Shown: positions 27,925 through 40,859, counted from the whole stretch's first letter. The stretch is DNA of 62,927 nucleotides, filler included, from Sphacelaria rigidula (GCA_964200075.2; 6 parts of 6 records of this genome joined end to end with filler, not necessarily neighbours in it), one strand, 5' to 3'. Notes: a model not told the origin generated them from the sequence alone. Made by a program: numbers and translations.

Positions 27925-28780
27925 CCCATGTCATAACCGCAGTCCTAGAGAAATTATCATGTGTTTCCATGTGAACTTAGATTATTGAAGTTAGTAACGA
28001 ATATAATCGTGTCCGTCATAAGTATCACCATTATTATTACCACGTTCGCACACCTTCCATACCCACAGTTCTTTAAAAGTTGTCATGAGTTTCATTCAGC
28101 GATCAATGACGGTTTGTGAAGAGGAACAATCAAACACCAATGGCTGAAGGAGTCTATCCCTCGACTCTATGTATTCGACATTTTTCCGCATTATTCATAA
28201 CCGCGGTCCTGAAACTTTCGTGTGTTTTTCTATTCTTGAATGATCTGCATAATGAAAGACGGTCCAAATGCGACAAAGCACACGCACGGCGCTCATTCAG
28301 CGACACGGAGGCGAACTGCTCGATCAGATGTCGGTGTAAGGTACAGTTTTACAAGATCCGTACCTGCAGAGCAATAGAGCTCGGAACCAGTGGGAAAAAG
28401 AGGTCGAAATGGGCTATTTATCATTATATCTCGAACGATTAGTATCATCATTACCCTTTAGTATTGATATCAACATTACTATCATCTATGATAAGTTCAT
28501 CATTCGTATCATCATGATTTCATTTATGAGGTTTGTACGGAGTCAAATAAGTTTGGCTTGAATCATGCATGACTATTGGTCATCACTTTGCACATCCTTC
28601 ATACCCGCGCAATCCTGAAGAAGTTCTCATGACATTCATAATATGAAAAATTAATGATTTGTGAAGAGGATCAATTCCCACGAACGAGCGGGGCCGATAA
28701 TTGTGGCAGTAATCTATGGTTGTCATCACTTGTAGATGCCGTTCATACCCGCAGTCCTGAAAACGTTTTCATGTGTTGTT
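27925..28780 (+). repeat. Degenerate interspersed ~35-bp motif TCATA(A/C)CCGCAGTCCTGAAA..TTTCATGTGTTT
   Basis: Copies near 27931, 28056, 28195, 28598 and 28742, with weaker copies at 27381, 27815 and 29392. Confidence 0.6.
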
Positions 28781-28782
28781 AT

Positions 28783-29250
28783 ATAGTACTAGGCGCCAGA
28801 ACCATTTTTTGTTCAGAAATATTTTTTCTCGCGACTACTCTTCGACAGAACTCGAAAGTGCTAGCGTCGGTAGAATTTGGAAAAATGAACAGATCGTCCT
28901 CGTAGATACCTCGTTTATATGGAGGGTGTTATTGAACGAATTACAGTTTTTCGGCTCTGGTGGATTGAGTATAGGTAGAATTTCGAGGTAACGAACTTGT
29001 ACACTTTTTCAAATATACGATCGGGACAGGCTCGATCGACCGAAAATACCGAAGAGTCAAAATCTGGGCTGAAACGTGTCAGGACCCGCGATGACACGAT
29101 CTGCCAGTAGTAAGTAACTCGACGTGGAGTACAATTGCGTATTTTTTCCCAGGATATGGAGCGGATGAAAGTATCTCGTGATCCTAATGTGATGAGCGGT
29201 GGCAAGCTACAAACAAATTACAAAATCAATAGTCCAGGCGCCCACTGCTA
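28783..29250 (+). mobile_element. Diverged relative of the Tc1/mariner MITE at 56709-56996
   Basis: Shares CTACTCTTCGA.AGAACTCGAAA.TGCTAGCGTCGGTAGA. Degenerate arms TAGTACTAGGCGCC / GGCGCCCACTGCTA. Confidence 0.6.
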
Positions 29251-29865
29251 CACGACGCACTAAACATTTTAGGGGAGGATCAATGCCCACAGATGGGCGG
29301 GGCCGGAGCTTCCCCGACCTCGACAGTTATATGGCTCAAAGTTGTCTGTCGACACGGTCTACTGTCTTTTCCGTACACTTTTGTTCATCAATCATAACCG
29401 TAGTCGTGTAGACTGTTTCGTGTGTTTTGTTCTACTCGATGATGAAAATCGCGAAAGAGGATAAAGTTATCACGAGGGCTTGGCAACGATCCACCCGAGT
29501 CGCGAAAAGAGCCGGGCAGGGCCGGAGCTCCCCTCCGGCCCGGCCGGCTCGTAGAAGTATATAAAAAAGTTGGCGACTCGCAAGAGCGTGCCATTCCGCC
29601 CACGACTCCCCACGCCCGTGCGCGAGAATACAGGCGCCCCCCGAGCGGGAAAGCCCCACGCGAGTCGCGCCTACATTCCCGAACGTCGGGACGACCGCAG
29701 CGGAAGAAGTCGCCCGCCCGGCCGACCGTGGCGAACCGCCCCGTCGATTAGGACCCGTTCAAAATTCGAGTGAAATTCGCGCGCGCCCGCGGTTGAGGGG
29801 CGTGTGTTCTGGTGTTAGTCCTGCAATTTCGTCTGGCGAGCGTTCGTGACGGCTCAAGAGGGGGG

Positions 29866-30181
29866 GAACTAAATATATGTACATGAATAGTGGTTGGTGC
29901 TATGGAGATGCCGCCAACCCTAATGCTCACCCTAACCCAAACCCCAAACAAGGCATACCGAGAACCCTCGGGCAAGGGGGTGGGTAGTGTTTCCTGAACA
30001 AAGTGTGCGTTGCCGGAGCTCAAATCGACGCCTATGAGCCGATTTTGGACCGGATCGCGTTCTGGACAAGCTCGGTCTACTGCTCACCTGCCCCAAATCA
30101 TCATTTTCCCCGGAGCTTTTTTCATTCTTACCTCAAGTAAAACCGAGTACCAACCATTAATTGCGTACATTTTTTTATGTC
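29866..30181 (+). mobile_element. MITE of the telomere-like-core family
   Basis: Arms ATGTAC..TGGTTGGTGCT / AGTACCAACCA..GTACAT; core homologous to 24592 and 58432. Confidence 0.7.
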
Positions 30182-31416
30182 TACCTGTACTGCTCGAGAG
30201 TTCAGAACGAGAACAGAGCCGCGATCTTCTCGAACAGAACGTCGCCCAACCGCACCGGCGTGCAGTCGGCACGCGAGCCAGTTTCGCACATGACATCGAT
30301 TGCGTCCGCAAGAGTCTAACAGTGGCATGACGATTTCATTGTGTACAGCGTCATCCAGCCAGCGCAGTATTGATAGAAAGAACAGTGGTAGCGCAGTAGT
30401 GCGTGCTTTGGCTACGCCACAGAGGTGTTTCAAACTCGAGGTTCCCGGTAAACTCGACAGCAGTTGCAATTCATGTCGCCCGCTGCAAGACCATTCCCTG
30501 TACAGCTGACAGCATATTATTGTTGATTGATCCTCCGCCGCCCGGCACCGTATTATAAACACGCTCCTGCCAAATGTACAGCGAACGTCCAGAATGAGAT
30601 ATCTCTATTGGGTATTCAACGCACTGCAGTACTGTACTACTCCTACCACCGTCCTCTCTGGACCACGTTTTTTCCCGCTGCATATTTGATCTTTAAACAA
30701 TTGACTGTTTCAGACCCTTCCGGGAGCAATAGTTGCTGACATGTATGTGACGGTCCAGAACACGGTCGCACGCCAATAATCGCATACCGGTGCGGTGGAT
30801 CGAGGTTCTCTTCACAAAATTCGCGGTTAGCTCCTTGGAGAAACGTCCAACAGAAACTCCATGTACAGTACTACTATACTACAGTATTACTGTCGGATAT
30901 GTATGGACCTGAAGAGGAGTGACTGATATCTTGTGCAGTCTACACGGGCCCATTACCGTTTCACATATTTGGCGTGAGCCCGTCTTTTCCCCCCGCCGCT
31001 CCGCGTCTGTAGTAGGCACTACAGCCGGCCGGGGTAGTACATGATCATGGGCGGATATCTCTGATTGTCGCCACTTGGCGCGTGCCTTTGCGTGCAACGA
31101 TGCGTCGAGAATTTCCCCTCGACGTGCCCATCAATGAAATTGGAATTACCATATGATTTCACAGTACGGCCCGAGGAGTGCAGTCATGACATTACCTGTA
31201 GAGTCCGGGAATACCCGAGACATCTTCAGCGGTACACTGTGTGCAGTGGGTTTTTAGGGACCCTTGAAATACATGTATACTGTATGTTTCAACCATGCCG
31301 CTGTAGTGGGCAGATACCATGGCTTCACTCGCGTGCAGAACCCACTACAGTATGCGTAGATATCGTAGGTATGAGATTTCAAAATACCGGATTAGGCGGG
31401 TAGGGTAGGTATTGAA

Positions 31417-31516
31417 NNNNNNNNNNNNNNNNNNNNNNNNNNNNNNNNNNNNNNNNNNNNTTAATTAATTAANNNNNNNNNNNNNNNNNNNNNNNNNNNN
31501 NNNNNNNNNNNNNNNN
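31417..31516. other. Artificial contig linker
   Basis: N44-TTAATTAATTAA-N44. Confidence 0.98.
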
Positions 31517-31726
31517 GGTGGACACTTCGTCCAGCGGTTCCTCAAGCGCACCGTCCTCCCCGCCGAGTTCCGTTGGTGGGGGGGGCGGAGCAGCACCGCA
31601 GATCCCCGTCAGTAGTGGAGGGGACGGAATGCCTTCACCGTCCCCGCGAGGGGGGGGGAGAAGGCGGGGTGACACCAAAGGTCCCCGTTCCAGATTTTGT
31701 CAACGGAGGGGGTGAGGGGGAGCTGG

Positions 31727-31761
<35 letters not shown>

Positions 31762-32329
31762 ACGTCAGCATCAGCGCCGATGCCGACACCAGCGCAGATG
31801 CCGACACCTACGCCAACGCTGACATCTACGCCGACGCTCACATCGGCATCGAACACCCCCTCGTCGCCCGCACTGTCACCCTCTTCCACGGGTCCCTCGC
31901 AAGACGGCGGGGGGGGCGGCGACGCTTCTCAACTCCCGAGGACCGAGCAACGCCGTCTTGCGTGGGCTGACCGGGTACCAACACCAAGGGCGGGGCGTAC
32001 GGGGAGCTAAACGTGCGAGGCCATGGGGTCGGCACACACACACAGGCGAAACGCTGGTGGCTAATAGAGCGGAGGAGAGCAGAAAGGAAGTGGAGATGGC
32101 GCCGGCGGGAATGGCCGATGACAAATGCGAAACCGTGGAGATGATCACCGCGGTAGCGGGGCAGGTGGCAGGACAAGACGCAATCGCCTCGATCCAAAAC
32201 GAGTCAGCCGAAAACGAGTTTTTGGTTTCTTACTGAGGAAAACAGAGTAGGGCAGCCTGAATACGGTTTGCGTTCACCGGTTGGCCTACATGTAAGCGAA
32301 GTAGAGGCAGCACCCACCAGTATGGATGA

Positions 32330-33870
32330 CTAAGCAAAATCAGACTTTCGAGAGGCATGGATAGGCGCGATGCAGGCCGAACCAGGAGGTCATGAAAGGC
32401 TGGAAGTATTTCGATTGGCTCTGTACCAGGAGGAGTAAACGTGATTTCAGCAAAGTGGGGTTTTAGTTGGAAAACTGACGCAGATGGTACTATTACGAAG
32501 GCAAAGGCTAGGTTGGTAGCACGAGGATTCGGACAACGTTTTGTAGTCAACTATTTCGAGACTTTTGCGGCAACGCCCTCCATGACCTCCATCACACTGG
32601 CCATGGCAGTGGTAGTTCAGGAAGAGTGGTCGCTGTACCGTTTCGACGTGACACAGGCTTTTGTTCAAGCGAAGGTCGACACCGACGTGTACATGAGGCT
32701 GCCTGAAGGTTGCTACGTTTTGCCAGACATGACCGTTAAGCTGGAAAAAATTATTCACGAGATCAAGCAAGCAGGCAGGCAGGCAGTGGTCTCGCCTTCT
32801 GTGCCAAACTTTTCTGGAGGATATCGGGATGGTGCAGTGTAATGCTGACCCTTGTGTTTTCAAGATAGAGGATGCAGGAGACGTACGTGTGATTTTAGTC
32901 GTCCATTTGGATGACATTCTGATCAGTGGTACTGAGGAAAATGTGAGAAAGGTGGGAAAAAATTATGAACGACAAGCTTCTCACAAACAATCTCTGACAG
33001 GTCACATGGTACATGGGGTGTGCGATGAATAGAGACTGGGATAGAGGCACGCTGTCGGTGACGCAAACCACGTTCACAGACACGCTCCTAAAGCGTTTCG
33101 AGGTGAAGGGATACTCGGAAATTCCTGCCTCTGTTTCTATAAAGTTGGAGCCGACAACGGGTGAAGACACAGTGGTGAATCGCCCATACCGCAACGCAGC
33201 GGGGGGGCTGATGTGGCTGGCAACAGTCACTAGACCTGACATACGATTTCAGTACCAGCGCTCGCTCGCCGATCACATGATCCGTGCGAGAGGCACTGGG
33301 AAGCCGTGGTTAAGGCGCTGAAGTATCTTAATAAGACAACGGAGTTTGGACTTACGTTCAAGAGAGATCATGATGGGCTTTCAGTTTACTGCGATGCAGA
33401 CTACGCTGAGGAGGAAACAGATAGGGGTTCGGTCTCAGGGGTAGCTGTGATGTACGGTGGTGTGGTAGTATCGGCAATGAGCCGCACGCAAGACTGTGTG
33501 ACTTTGTCAACCACGGAGGCAGAATATATCGCAATGTCCGAGGGGGCAAAGGAGGGACTGTTTGTGAAGGCAGTGGTGACGTTCCTGCGACCTCAGACTG
33601 TGTCGGGATGTGAGGAGGACCACGGTATTGTTTTGTACGAGGACAACGAGGGAGAGAAGGCTCTGGCCGAAAATCCCCTCAGTTCCGAAAGGAGTAAGCG
33701 CATCGGCGTGAGATATCACTTCGTTTGAGAGATGGTGGGGGCGGTAAAGATCACGGTTGTGCACGTAGATTCAGGATGGCAGCATGCTGGTATTTTGACG
33801 ACGCCTCTCTCGATCAGCCTGTTTGCGAGGCACAGACGGTTTTTTTATGAACTTGGAAGGTGACGAGTAG
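32330..33870 (+). pseudogene. pol: Copia pol: reverse transcriptase + RNase H (frameshifted)
   Basis: Motifs AKW.FSWK, KAKARLVARGFGQ, FDVTQAFVQ, DPCVF, VHLDDILI, TRPDI, YCDADYA, LSTTEAEYIA, YEDNEG and KRIGVRYHFV occur in order across shifted frames. Confidence 0.95.
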
Positions 33871-34160
33871 GTACGTTTTTGTGTGACCCTTGTGCTAGCT
33901 CCGGGTATTTTCAGGTCTTAGTGATGCATCTATGCGCATTTTGGGATAAGCCACTCACGCTACTTTGAGGGGCATGTGTTTTGTAGGGCGTTTCCTGACA
34001 TGGCGTGCATCTGCCTTGACTGGCGTCCATGGATTATCCAGATGGAGCACAAGCAGTTGAAGGGAGGGGGTTTTTGCTCGGATGGCCGTGTTTCCCCCTT
34101 ATAGCTTGTTTTTTAGAGAAAGAGATAGCTACGACGACTGATGTACCGGTTCAGAGGGGG

Positions 34161-34316
34161 TGTTCATGTGAACGGGTACACTGAGTGAACATGCACATGT
34201 GCAGATAGGTTTATGCTGACGCACGGGTACTGGTAGTCAAGTGTGTGTGACTACAGTACCATGCTCGGGCCGGCTGCGATGCTTCAGCCTGCCCTCACTC
34301 CACATCTGATCTATCA
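34161..34316 (+). repeat. Putative 3' LTR
   Basis: Starts TG directly after the polypurine tract. The CA end at 34316 is tentative because no 5' LTR is present on this contig. Confidence 0.5.
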
Positions 34317-34360
34317 TAGGATCGACTTCGTCAAGGCACTCTCCAATAATACAAAAATAC

Positions 34361-34606
34361 ACTTTCTACGATAGCCCCCCCCAAAAAAAAACAGCCCAAA
34401 AGTGTCACGAAAAAAATGGCCATACAGCGCCTGATGTTTGGGTTCAGGCTGCATGAAGCGCCTCATACTGGCGACACTGGCTAGAACAAACCCAAGCGTG
34501 GGAATTTCCAGCTGCTCATTGCGCTCGGCTTTTCTCATTTCGATTTACGTGAAGATTTTGCCTCGCAAAACCATGTACTTTTTGGGGGGGGACTATCGTA
34601 GAAAGT
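34361..34606. mobile_element. MITE with ~28-bp TIRs
   Basis: ACTTTCTACGATAG-C8-AAAA / TTTT-G8-ACTATCGTAGAAAGT. The right flank is consistent with a TA target (mariner-type, inferred). Confidence 0.75.
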
Positions 34607-36308
34607 ATTAAAAGACAAAACTATCTATCCTTCGCCACGGGCCACGGGATATGGCGCTGACCAATGAAAAGACCGATATCTCTTTGCCCCTCTGCTTGGA
34701 CAGGAAGTGTCTCTGTGCGCAGTAGAACACGTCGTCAAAAAGCAGGGTGATATTCCCGTCACCGCTACTGTACTCTCACACACACATATATGTGACCGGA
34801 CAATATGCCATCACCTATGCGATCCCACTATATATTGGTCATGCAATACATCGTCCACACGACCCCAATATATAATATATATTGTCATATGGAAAGTAGC
34901 TAATGCAGTGGTTGGGGTCTCTCGGTATGAGCGCCAGGAGATACCATGGTGCCAACCCAACAAGCTCCCACGTGGGCAAACTCACACAGACCTACCTATC
35001 ATTCCTTGACTTATCACAAAGTAAATTAATTCATGTTCAGACTCTTGATAAGGAACTCACGTGTTTGCTTAGCTTCATGTTTTATCTACAAGCCTCTCTT
35101 ACTCAGTACAGCCGCAGGACAGCCATAGGAGCAGAGCGTAGTGATGGCCCAGGGTAGCAACTGATTAGATGGGGCGCCGCGGTCTGGGGCCGCGGCTGAA
35201 CAACCCTAACTCATGACAGTAGCAAACGCGATAACAACGCGTCACGGAATCCGGGGTCTACGAGCAGACCCGCACAGAGTACATCTTGCAACGCCTCTGA
35301 GCTTCATCACACTAGCCCATCCTAGACGAGTTCTTATGCAGTTGAATTACATCACCTCGGCACGATGTAATCACGCCGAGGAATTTCGTGATTCAACGAG
35401 AAAGGGCTCTTCTACACTACGCTCGTACAAAAGCATGAAGCGAAGAAAAAATAATCTCTCTCCCACACCTTTAAAAGGCGAGCACCCCAGATATTAGTAG
35501 ATGCGCAAAACCCCCCTCCCCCCCGGGCGCCCTTTTGTATGCTGCGGTACCCCACTGCGCAGCATGGTTCTGAGGTGTGGGAAACTAAACCGTTAGTCGT
35601 GGAAACAATAGCGCCCCTGTGACAGCGCACGCATAAATACCGTACGTATTGGAAACATGTTGTATTTCCAAGGGTGTGCATTTTTCAGACGACGCATGAA
35701 ATTCCAAATCAGCACGAAGCCAGCCGAGCTTGACCGGTGATCACAGACCTCAGGGACAGAGTACCAGAGTAATACCAAAATGAAGGCGTGCACCTGGGTT
35801 AACATGGCTTCAGTCCTTGGGACCATGGACTCGTCCCAAGGGGAGGAGGGGTTGGAGGTGAGACAAGCAAAAAAATGAGATAATATTTTCAACGTTCCGT
35901 AACGCTCAAAATCTGACGTGCGTCAAGATAGACCACATCCACAGTGTCGGGAGAAAAAAACAAATCATGTGCATCGTCACCGGTGGTGAGGAAATAGGGA
36001 GTGAAGGAATAAGCACGCGCTCGTGAAAATGAAATGTAGAGCTTTACACATACGACACGACCGACAGACGGGCTGCCAAACCGACTGAAAGGGAATTCGG
36101 ATGGCGTCGGCGGACGACGGACTCGCAAAATGGGAAACGGCTGTACAACCCGCGTCAGTTTTCCTATATCTCATTTCCTATCTTTCATATGTACAACGAA
36201 CTTCCGAGACGCTTGTTGCACCTTGACTCCTTTCCGAAGTGTATCAGTACCCCTACAACGGGGTGACGACTCACCACCAACGGAGGGATATCTTCGCAAA
36301 TCTATCAA

Positions 36309-36563
36309 GGTTCGGACGAATGATCGCCGGTTCGAGTAACCAGTTCCATGATTTTTTGAGCCTGATCGCTCGAAAGACAGAAAAAAAAAGTTTACTGCTG
36401 GGAAAAAAAGTCTCCACGCAATTCTTGCGCCATTCCACATGCCTAGGGTGCGCGTGGCTTGTGTGCAACGCTGAAAACAAACTTCAAGGATTGATTCGTA
36501 CGGTACGAATCAATTACACTAAAATCGAGTAATTTCCAGACGAGTCGTGAATTCGTCCAATCC
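36309..36563 (+). mobile_element. ~250-bp MITE, Kolobok-like (GG...CC ends, TTAA-like flanks)
   Basis: tcaa|GGTTCGGACGAAT ... ATTCGTCCAATCC|ttca. The core TGCAACGCTGAAAACAAA..GGATTGATTCGTAC is shared with 43786, 45770 and 47745. Confidence 0.65.
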
Positions 36564-36807
36564 TTCACAACTATCATTTCGTCTTCATCGCGACTGTCGC
36601 GAATTGCAGGTACGGACGGCAGACGAGAGGTATGCAAGGCTGCTGCCTGCGACTTGCTCTGTAGCGAGGATGATTTCATTTGTCTCGTGCTCTAGCCTGC
36701 GCCTCATTGTTGCCGTCTCCTGCCCCATGTACAAGAAATCCTGTCATTGTTTATTAAAGCTGGTGACAGGACCGACAGTATTCCCGCACAGATGTGACGG
36801 TACATAT

Positions 36808-36977
36808 CATACCCTGGACAATATATGGTCAATATATGTAATAGACGAGAAATGTACTGCATAAAGTATAGGCCTATTGCAACTATTGCCGGCCGACAGT
36901 AGTCGCAATGGACCTATACTTTATGCAGTACGTTTTTTGTCTATTGCAACTATTGACTGTATATTGTCCAAGGTGTG
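36808..36977. repeat. 170-bp near-perfect palindrome (foldback element) flanked by a 12-bp direct repeat
   Basis: Arms CATACCCTGGACAATATA... / ...TATATTGTCCAAGGTGTG with centre CGG|CCG at ~36892. Flanks GACGGTACATAT / GATGGTACATAT. Confidence 0.85.
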
Positions 36978-37816
36978 GATGGTACATATGCAAACATATA
37001 TACTTCCAAGCGGGTGGAACAGGTGGCGAGGAAAGGCAGGAAGGATAGTATGTAATGAGTTGACCATAACCTCGCTAAGTATCTTTCTCCTTCTCTTGAC
37101 AGGCAATACTCCACCAAAAAACATATACACACCCACAGACCGCGAAAAAAGTGCGCTCAGTTCTATTCTCGCCTCACTGCACAAACGTCGCGCAACACCA
37201 AAAACTAAAGCCAGACCAAAATACAACGAGACCCCGGAAAACACCGTTGCCATTTTGTTTGCTCTTACGAACGGCGGCTGCACGGTAAGAAGCACCATCT
37301 TTGCTCCCTGTGCCGACGCTCTCTATCGTAAAGCATGCTAGAAAATAAATCTCATCGCACAGCAACGCGCGAGGACGCCGTCAGCAGCAGAAACAGATTC
37401 AGTCAATACGTTGCCCTTACACTGTCAAAACAATACGCGAAGGAATCTGGCGTCCATCTTTTGCCCCCGAAAACACGAATGAAAGCAGCAGCAAGCAGCA
37501 GCTGCAGCGGCAACAGCGGGTGTGCAGGTTCCATACAGCTCTCAATCCAACACTCCCGAAGACACATTTAAAAGACACAACCAAAGCAAAAAACAACAAC
37601 AACCCAGACCAAACGGCAACGGGAACGGACGACGTGTAGAAAAAAAAGAAGAGAGGCACGACTTGAACGACGAAATCACAAAAGTCACAGAAAACAGCAC
37701 CAAAGGGGGGGGAGAGGGGAGGGGACACACTACCACAAAAAACAGAGAGCCGCAGGATATCATAACCAACAAACATAAAGTACAAGAGCTACGATGTGTA
37801 TTTATAGCAGTAGATA

Positions 37817-38037
37817 TCACGCCGGTCCGCCACCACCATCACCCCCAGACCCAACCAACGCACGCCGACGAGCGGCCGTTTCGGCTGACACCGCCTCCAC
37901 CTCCCAGGGATTGACAGTATTGATCTGGGTCTCATCATCCCACTCCACCATCAAGCTTTCCCACGGCATCAGCCCTGAACTCTCGTCTTTGGGTTTCACT
38001 CCAACTAACGATCCTTCGTACAACGGAGATTGCTGAC
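37817..38037 (-). CDS. ARF/PHIP-BRWD ancillary (Tudor-like) domain protein, last recognisable exon
   Basis: CAG acceptor with phase matching the previous exon. LYEGSLVGV..PWESLMVEWDD..TVNPWEVEA resembles the G-x-I...W-x-x-L-x-V-x-WD...SPW[ED] signature. The 3' end (stop versus further splice) is uncertain. Confidence 0.75.
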
Positions 38038-38459
38038 CTGAGCACATGGGAGAAAAAAAATAGTGAGGATTAAAAAAGCGGGAAGCAGTTTAACATTGTT
38101 GACAGCGGCTGAAAACTTGCAAAACACGAAAATTTCCCAAGGCCTAGTTCGGCTGTACAAGCACCATCTGAGTATACAAAGGGGGGAGGAAGGCCGATTG
38201 CGGCGACTATGTTCAGTGCGTCCGTGCCTGTTGCAAGCAGGATCCCAAAGCAAGCGTCCCCGGTCACAAAAAAATGCGAGAAATGGCGGCGCATGTTTTT
38301 TGTGGCCACAAGGGGGATTTGTCGACACCCTCTCATCTGCATACAAAGCTCATTCGCACGGCAGACGGGTAGGTTTTCAGACAAAAATGTACAGGCTACC
38401 AACGTTTTCATCCACCATTTACGTCCCCCCCTCCCCCCTAAAATAAAGCACCAACACAC

Positions 38460-39142
38460 CTGGTGGATCTAGAGAGGCCATCTGTACGTGCATCTCTGAC
38501 CGCCACTGGAAGCGCACTGCCTGCTCGTACTTTGACTTCACCACCACAAACTCCGGCATATCATTGCTTAACCTCATGGCCACCCTCAACCTTCCCCCCT
38601 GTCGGTCCACAGCCGGCTTCACCGCCGCCGCCTCTTCAGTTTTTGGAACCGCTACCGCCGCCCCTGGCGCCGCCGCTCCTCCCCGCCCACCAGCCGCGGC
38701 GGCTGGTGCTGTAACTATCGTCCCGTGCTGTGCCGTGCTGACGATATCCGGCTTCATCTTTCCGGTGGCAGCGTTGATTGGAGTGGTGCTATCAGCTGGG
38801 GTAGTTGCTGATGCCTCGGTAGCGTTACTGGCGGTATCGGCGTTGCCATCACCGGAGGGTGATATCGGAGACGTTTTTGCTCCAATCATGCCCTCCGCAG
38901 GCGGCCGTGGAGGACATGACACTGCAGGAGCCGTACCGCCGTTTGTGGGGACCGGCGGGGGGCTGGCGGCGCTTGTGGATGATAGTTTCCCCACGGGTGG
39001 CTTGACATCCACTTTGCTCTTGCTCGTGGTAGTTTTCGAGGTTGGGGTGGTGACGTCTCCATACTTGATGGGCACCAGCTTGTCGTAAAATACCTGGGCA
39101 TCACGATGGGCAAGGGGGGGGGCGTACTCATTTGTTGCTTGC
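38460..39142 (-). CDS. ARF/PHIP-like protein exon (683 bp; A/P/T-rich insert and start of the ancillary domain)
   Basis: AG acceptor and G|GTGTGT donor with consistent phases. Ends MPEFVVVKSKYEQAVRFQWRSEMHVQM, which is ARF EFVV..Y..A...W..GMRF-M-like. Confidence 0.8.
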
Positions 39143-39745
39143 CTTAGTCGTTTGGCCATTGACCATTGGGCAAAGGGAGGGGGCGGTAGGAATGTTGCCG
39201 TTTTGTGTGTTTTTCAATCTGGGTCTTATTTATTTATTTTGCTTTTTGGCTAGCCTGCGACCACGGAAGGCGTCCGCATCAGATGCCCAGTACGAATGTA
39301 CCGCGCAGATATCGTAACGGTTTTTTAAAGTGAAAACAACAACAACGACAAGTATCGCAGCGTCCGTTGCAAGTTGGAAATTGTTCATCAGGGGGATCAC
39401 GCTCCCCACGGAGATTCTCGACATTTGAGAGCTACCGTTTTATGGGGTAGGTTTTGTTCGTGTTGGTGCATGGAATCGAAAGAGAGGCATCCGAAGTACT
39501 AATAGTAAGTGCTTCCGCGCTTTTCGTACAGAGGGTTATGCTGAACAGGATTTCAAAATTTCCAACGTTGAGCCCTGCGAGGGCTCCTTCCTCTCTTGCT
39601 GACCACTTATGCCTGACGTGTTGAAACACCAGCGGTGTGAATACCGCTACGGGCCCCTGTGGTCGCACAACGCCCAGGTAATGTACGCCCCGCGAAAAAT
39701 CGTATATTTCTGCCGCAAGTAGTAGCAATCGATGGACGACTATAC

Positions 39746-39822
39746 CGTACAATGTACTGCGTGTGACGCCAAAAATCCCCACCCGCTGATGACTGGTAAA
39801 TGAGTCTCTTCCGACCACGGGT
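39746..39822 (-). CDS. ARF/PHIP-like protein exon (77 bp; TRGRKRLIYQ... NLS-like)
   Basis: AG/GT boundaries; supplies the phase 0 to phase 2 bridge needed between the neighbouring exons. Confidence 0.65.
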
Positions 39823-40025
39823 CTTGAGTAAAACGGGCCAATGCGACGATTGAAGACCCCCCCCTTCCCCTGCCCCCACCGGCTCTAAACACACAACACA
39901 CCACACATTATAGATGAACTACTTTAGTGCACTTTTTAGCACCGCAGAACGATGACGCGCTGTTTGTGTCGGGAACGCGCTGGTTATATCCAACAAGCGA
40001 GCGAAGCGAAGCACTCAAGCTACAC

Positions 40026-40131
40026 CTGTCGAGCGATGCGCGCCGTGTCTGGCTGCCCCAAGTCGTCCTCGCTCAAATCATCTTCCGATTGATCTGCGGC
40101 CGACTCATCTCCCAAGGCGAATCCGAGCTGC
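40026..40131 (-). CDS. ARF/PHIP-like protein exon (106 bp, acidic)
   Basis: CAG acceptor and CAG|GTGTAG donor; encodes QLGFALGDESAADQSEDDLSEDDLGQPDTARIARQ with consistent phase. Confidence 0.75.
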
Positions 40132-40859
40132 CTGCTAGGCGCGGTAGAGGGACAGACAACATTTCATCATAATCACACCACATCAATCAGAGGGCTCAAT
40201 CCTGTTCCACACGGTACATTTCTTCATTTTCTTAGCCCGCGACATGTTCACTGTATCCTTACTTATATGGAGCGTCGATCGAGGCGGTTGACATACTGCG
40301 ATGAAAACATTGACCGGATAATCATCTGTATATTTCCGTTGCTTTTACCCCCTTTTTTAAGGGTTGGCTGAAGAGATATACCCTATGTTCCCCCTGGCCC
40401 TACTCCTTCTTCCCTTACTCGCGTTTATTTTTATTCGTTTGTTGTCCTGAGGAACGAAAACGCGAACTTATGAAAAAGTCAGTAGGGGCAGGATGAGGAG
40501 GAAGAAGCCTCAACGTGTGACCCAATCGGCATTCCTGAATGAGGCAAAACAAAAAAAGCAAAAATCCATGATTGTATTTTTTTCATGAGTTGAATGCGCC
40601 AAACCTGAAAATATATCATATCTAAACGAAGAGCACGAAGCTACAACTCCACAACCACGGCACAGGACGGGACAAGAAACACCCCCCCGGCAGGATGACG
40701 ACAACACGAACCAACTCGACAAGAAAAAAAAGAAACTCATTGCCGCACGCAACGACCCCGAGGTTCGGGTTCAACGTTGAGCCGGCGACGTGGTGCGGTA
40801 CTCATGTGCGACCCTGCACTACCACAGGTAGGAAAAACGTTCGGCGAAAATAGTCGTAC

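Larger units (their letters stand above)
31517..34316 (+). mobile_element. Ty1/Copia LTR retrotransposon, 3' part (decayed)
   Basis: Low-complexity integrase-RT linker, then RT and RNase H, then polypurine tract AGAGGGGG (34153-34160) immediately followed by TGTT. Confidence 0.9.
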
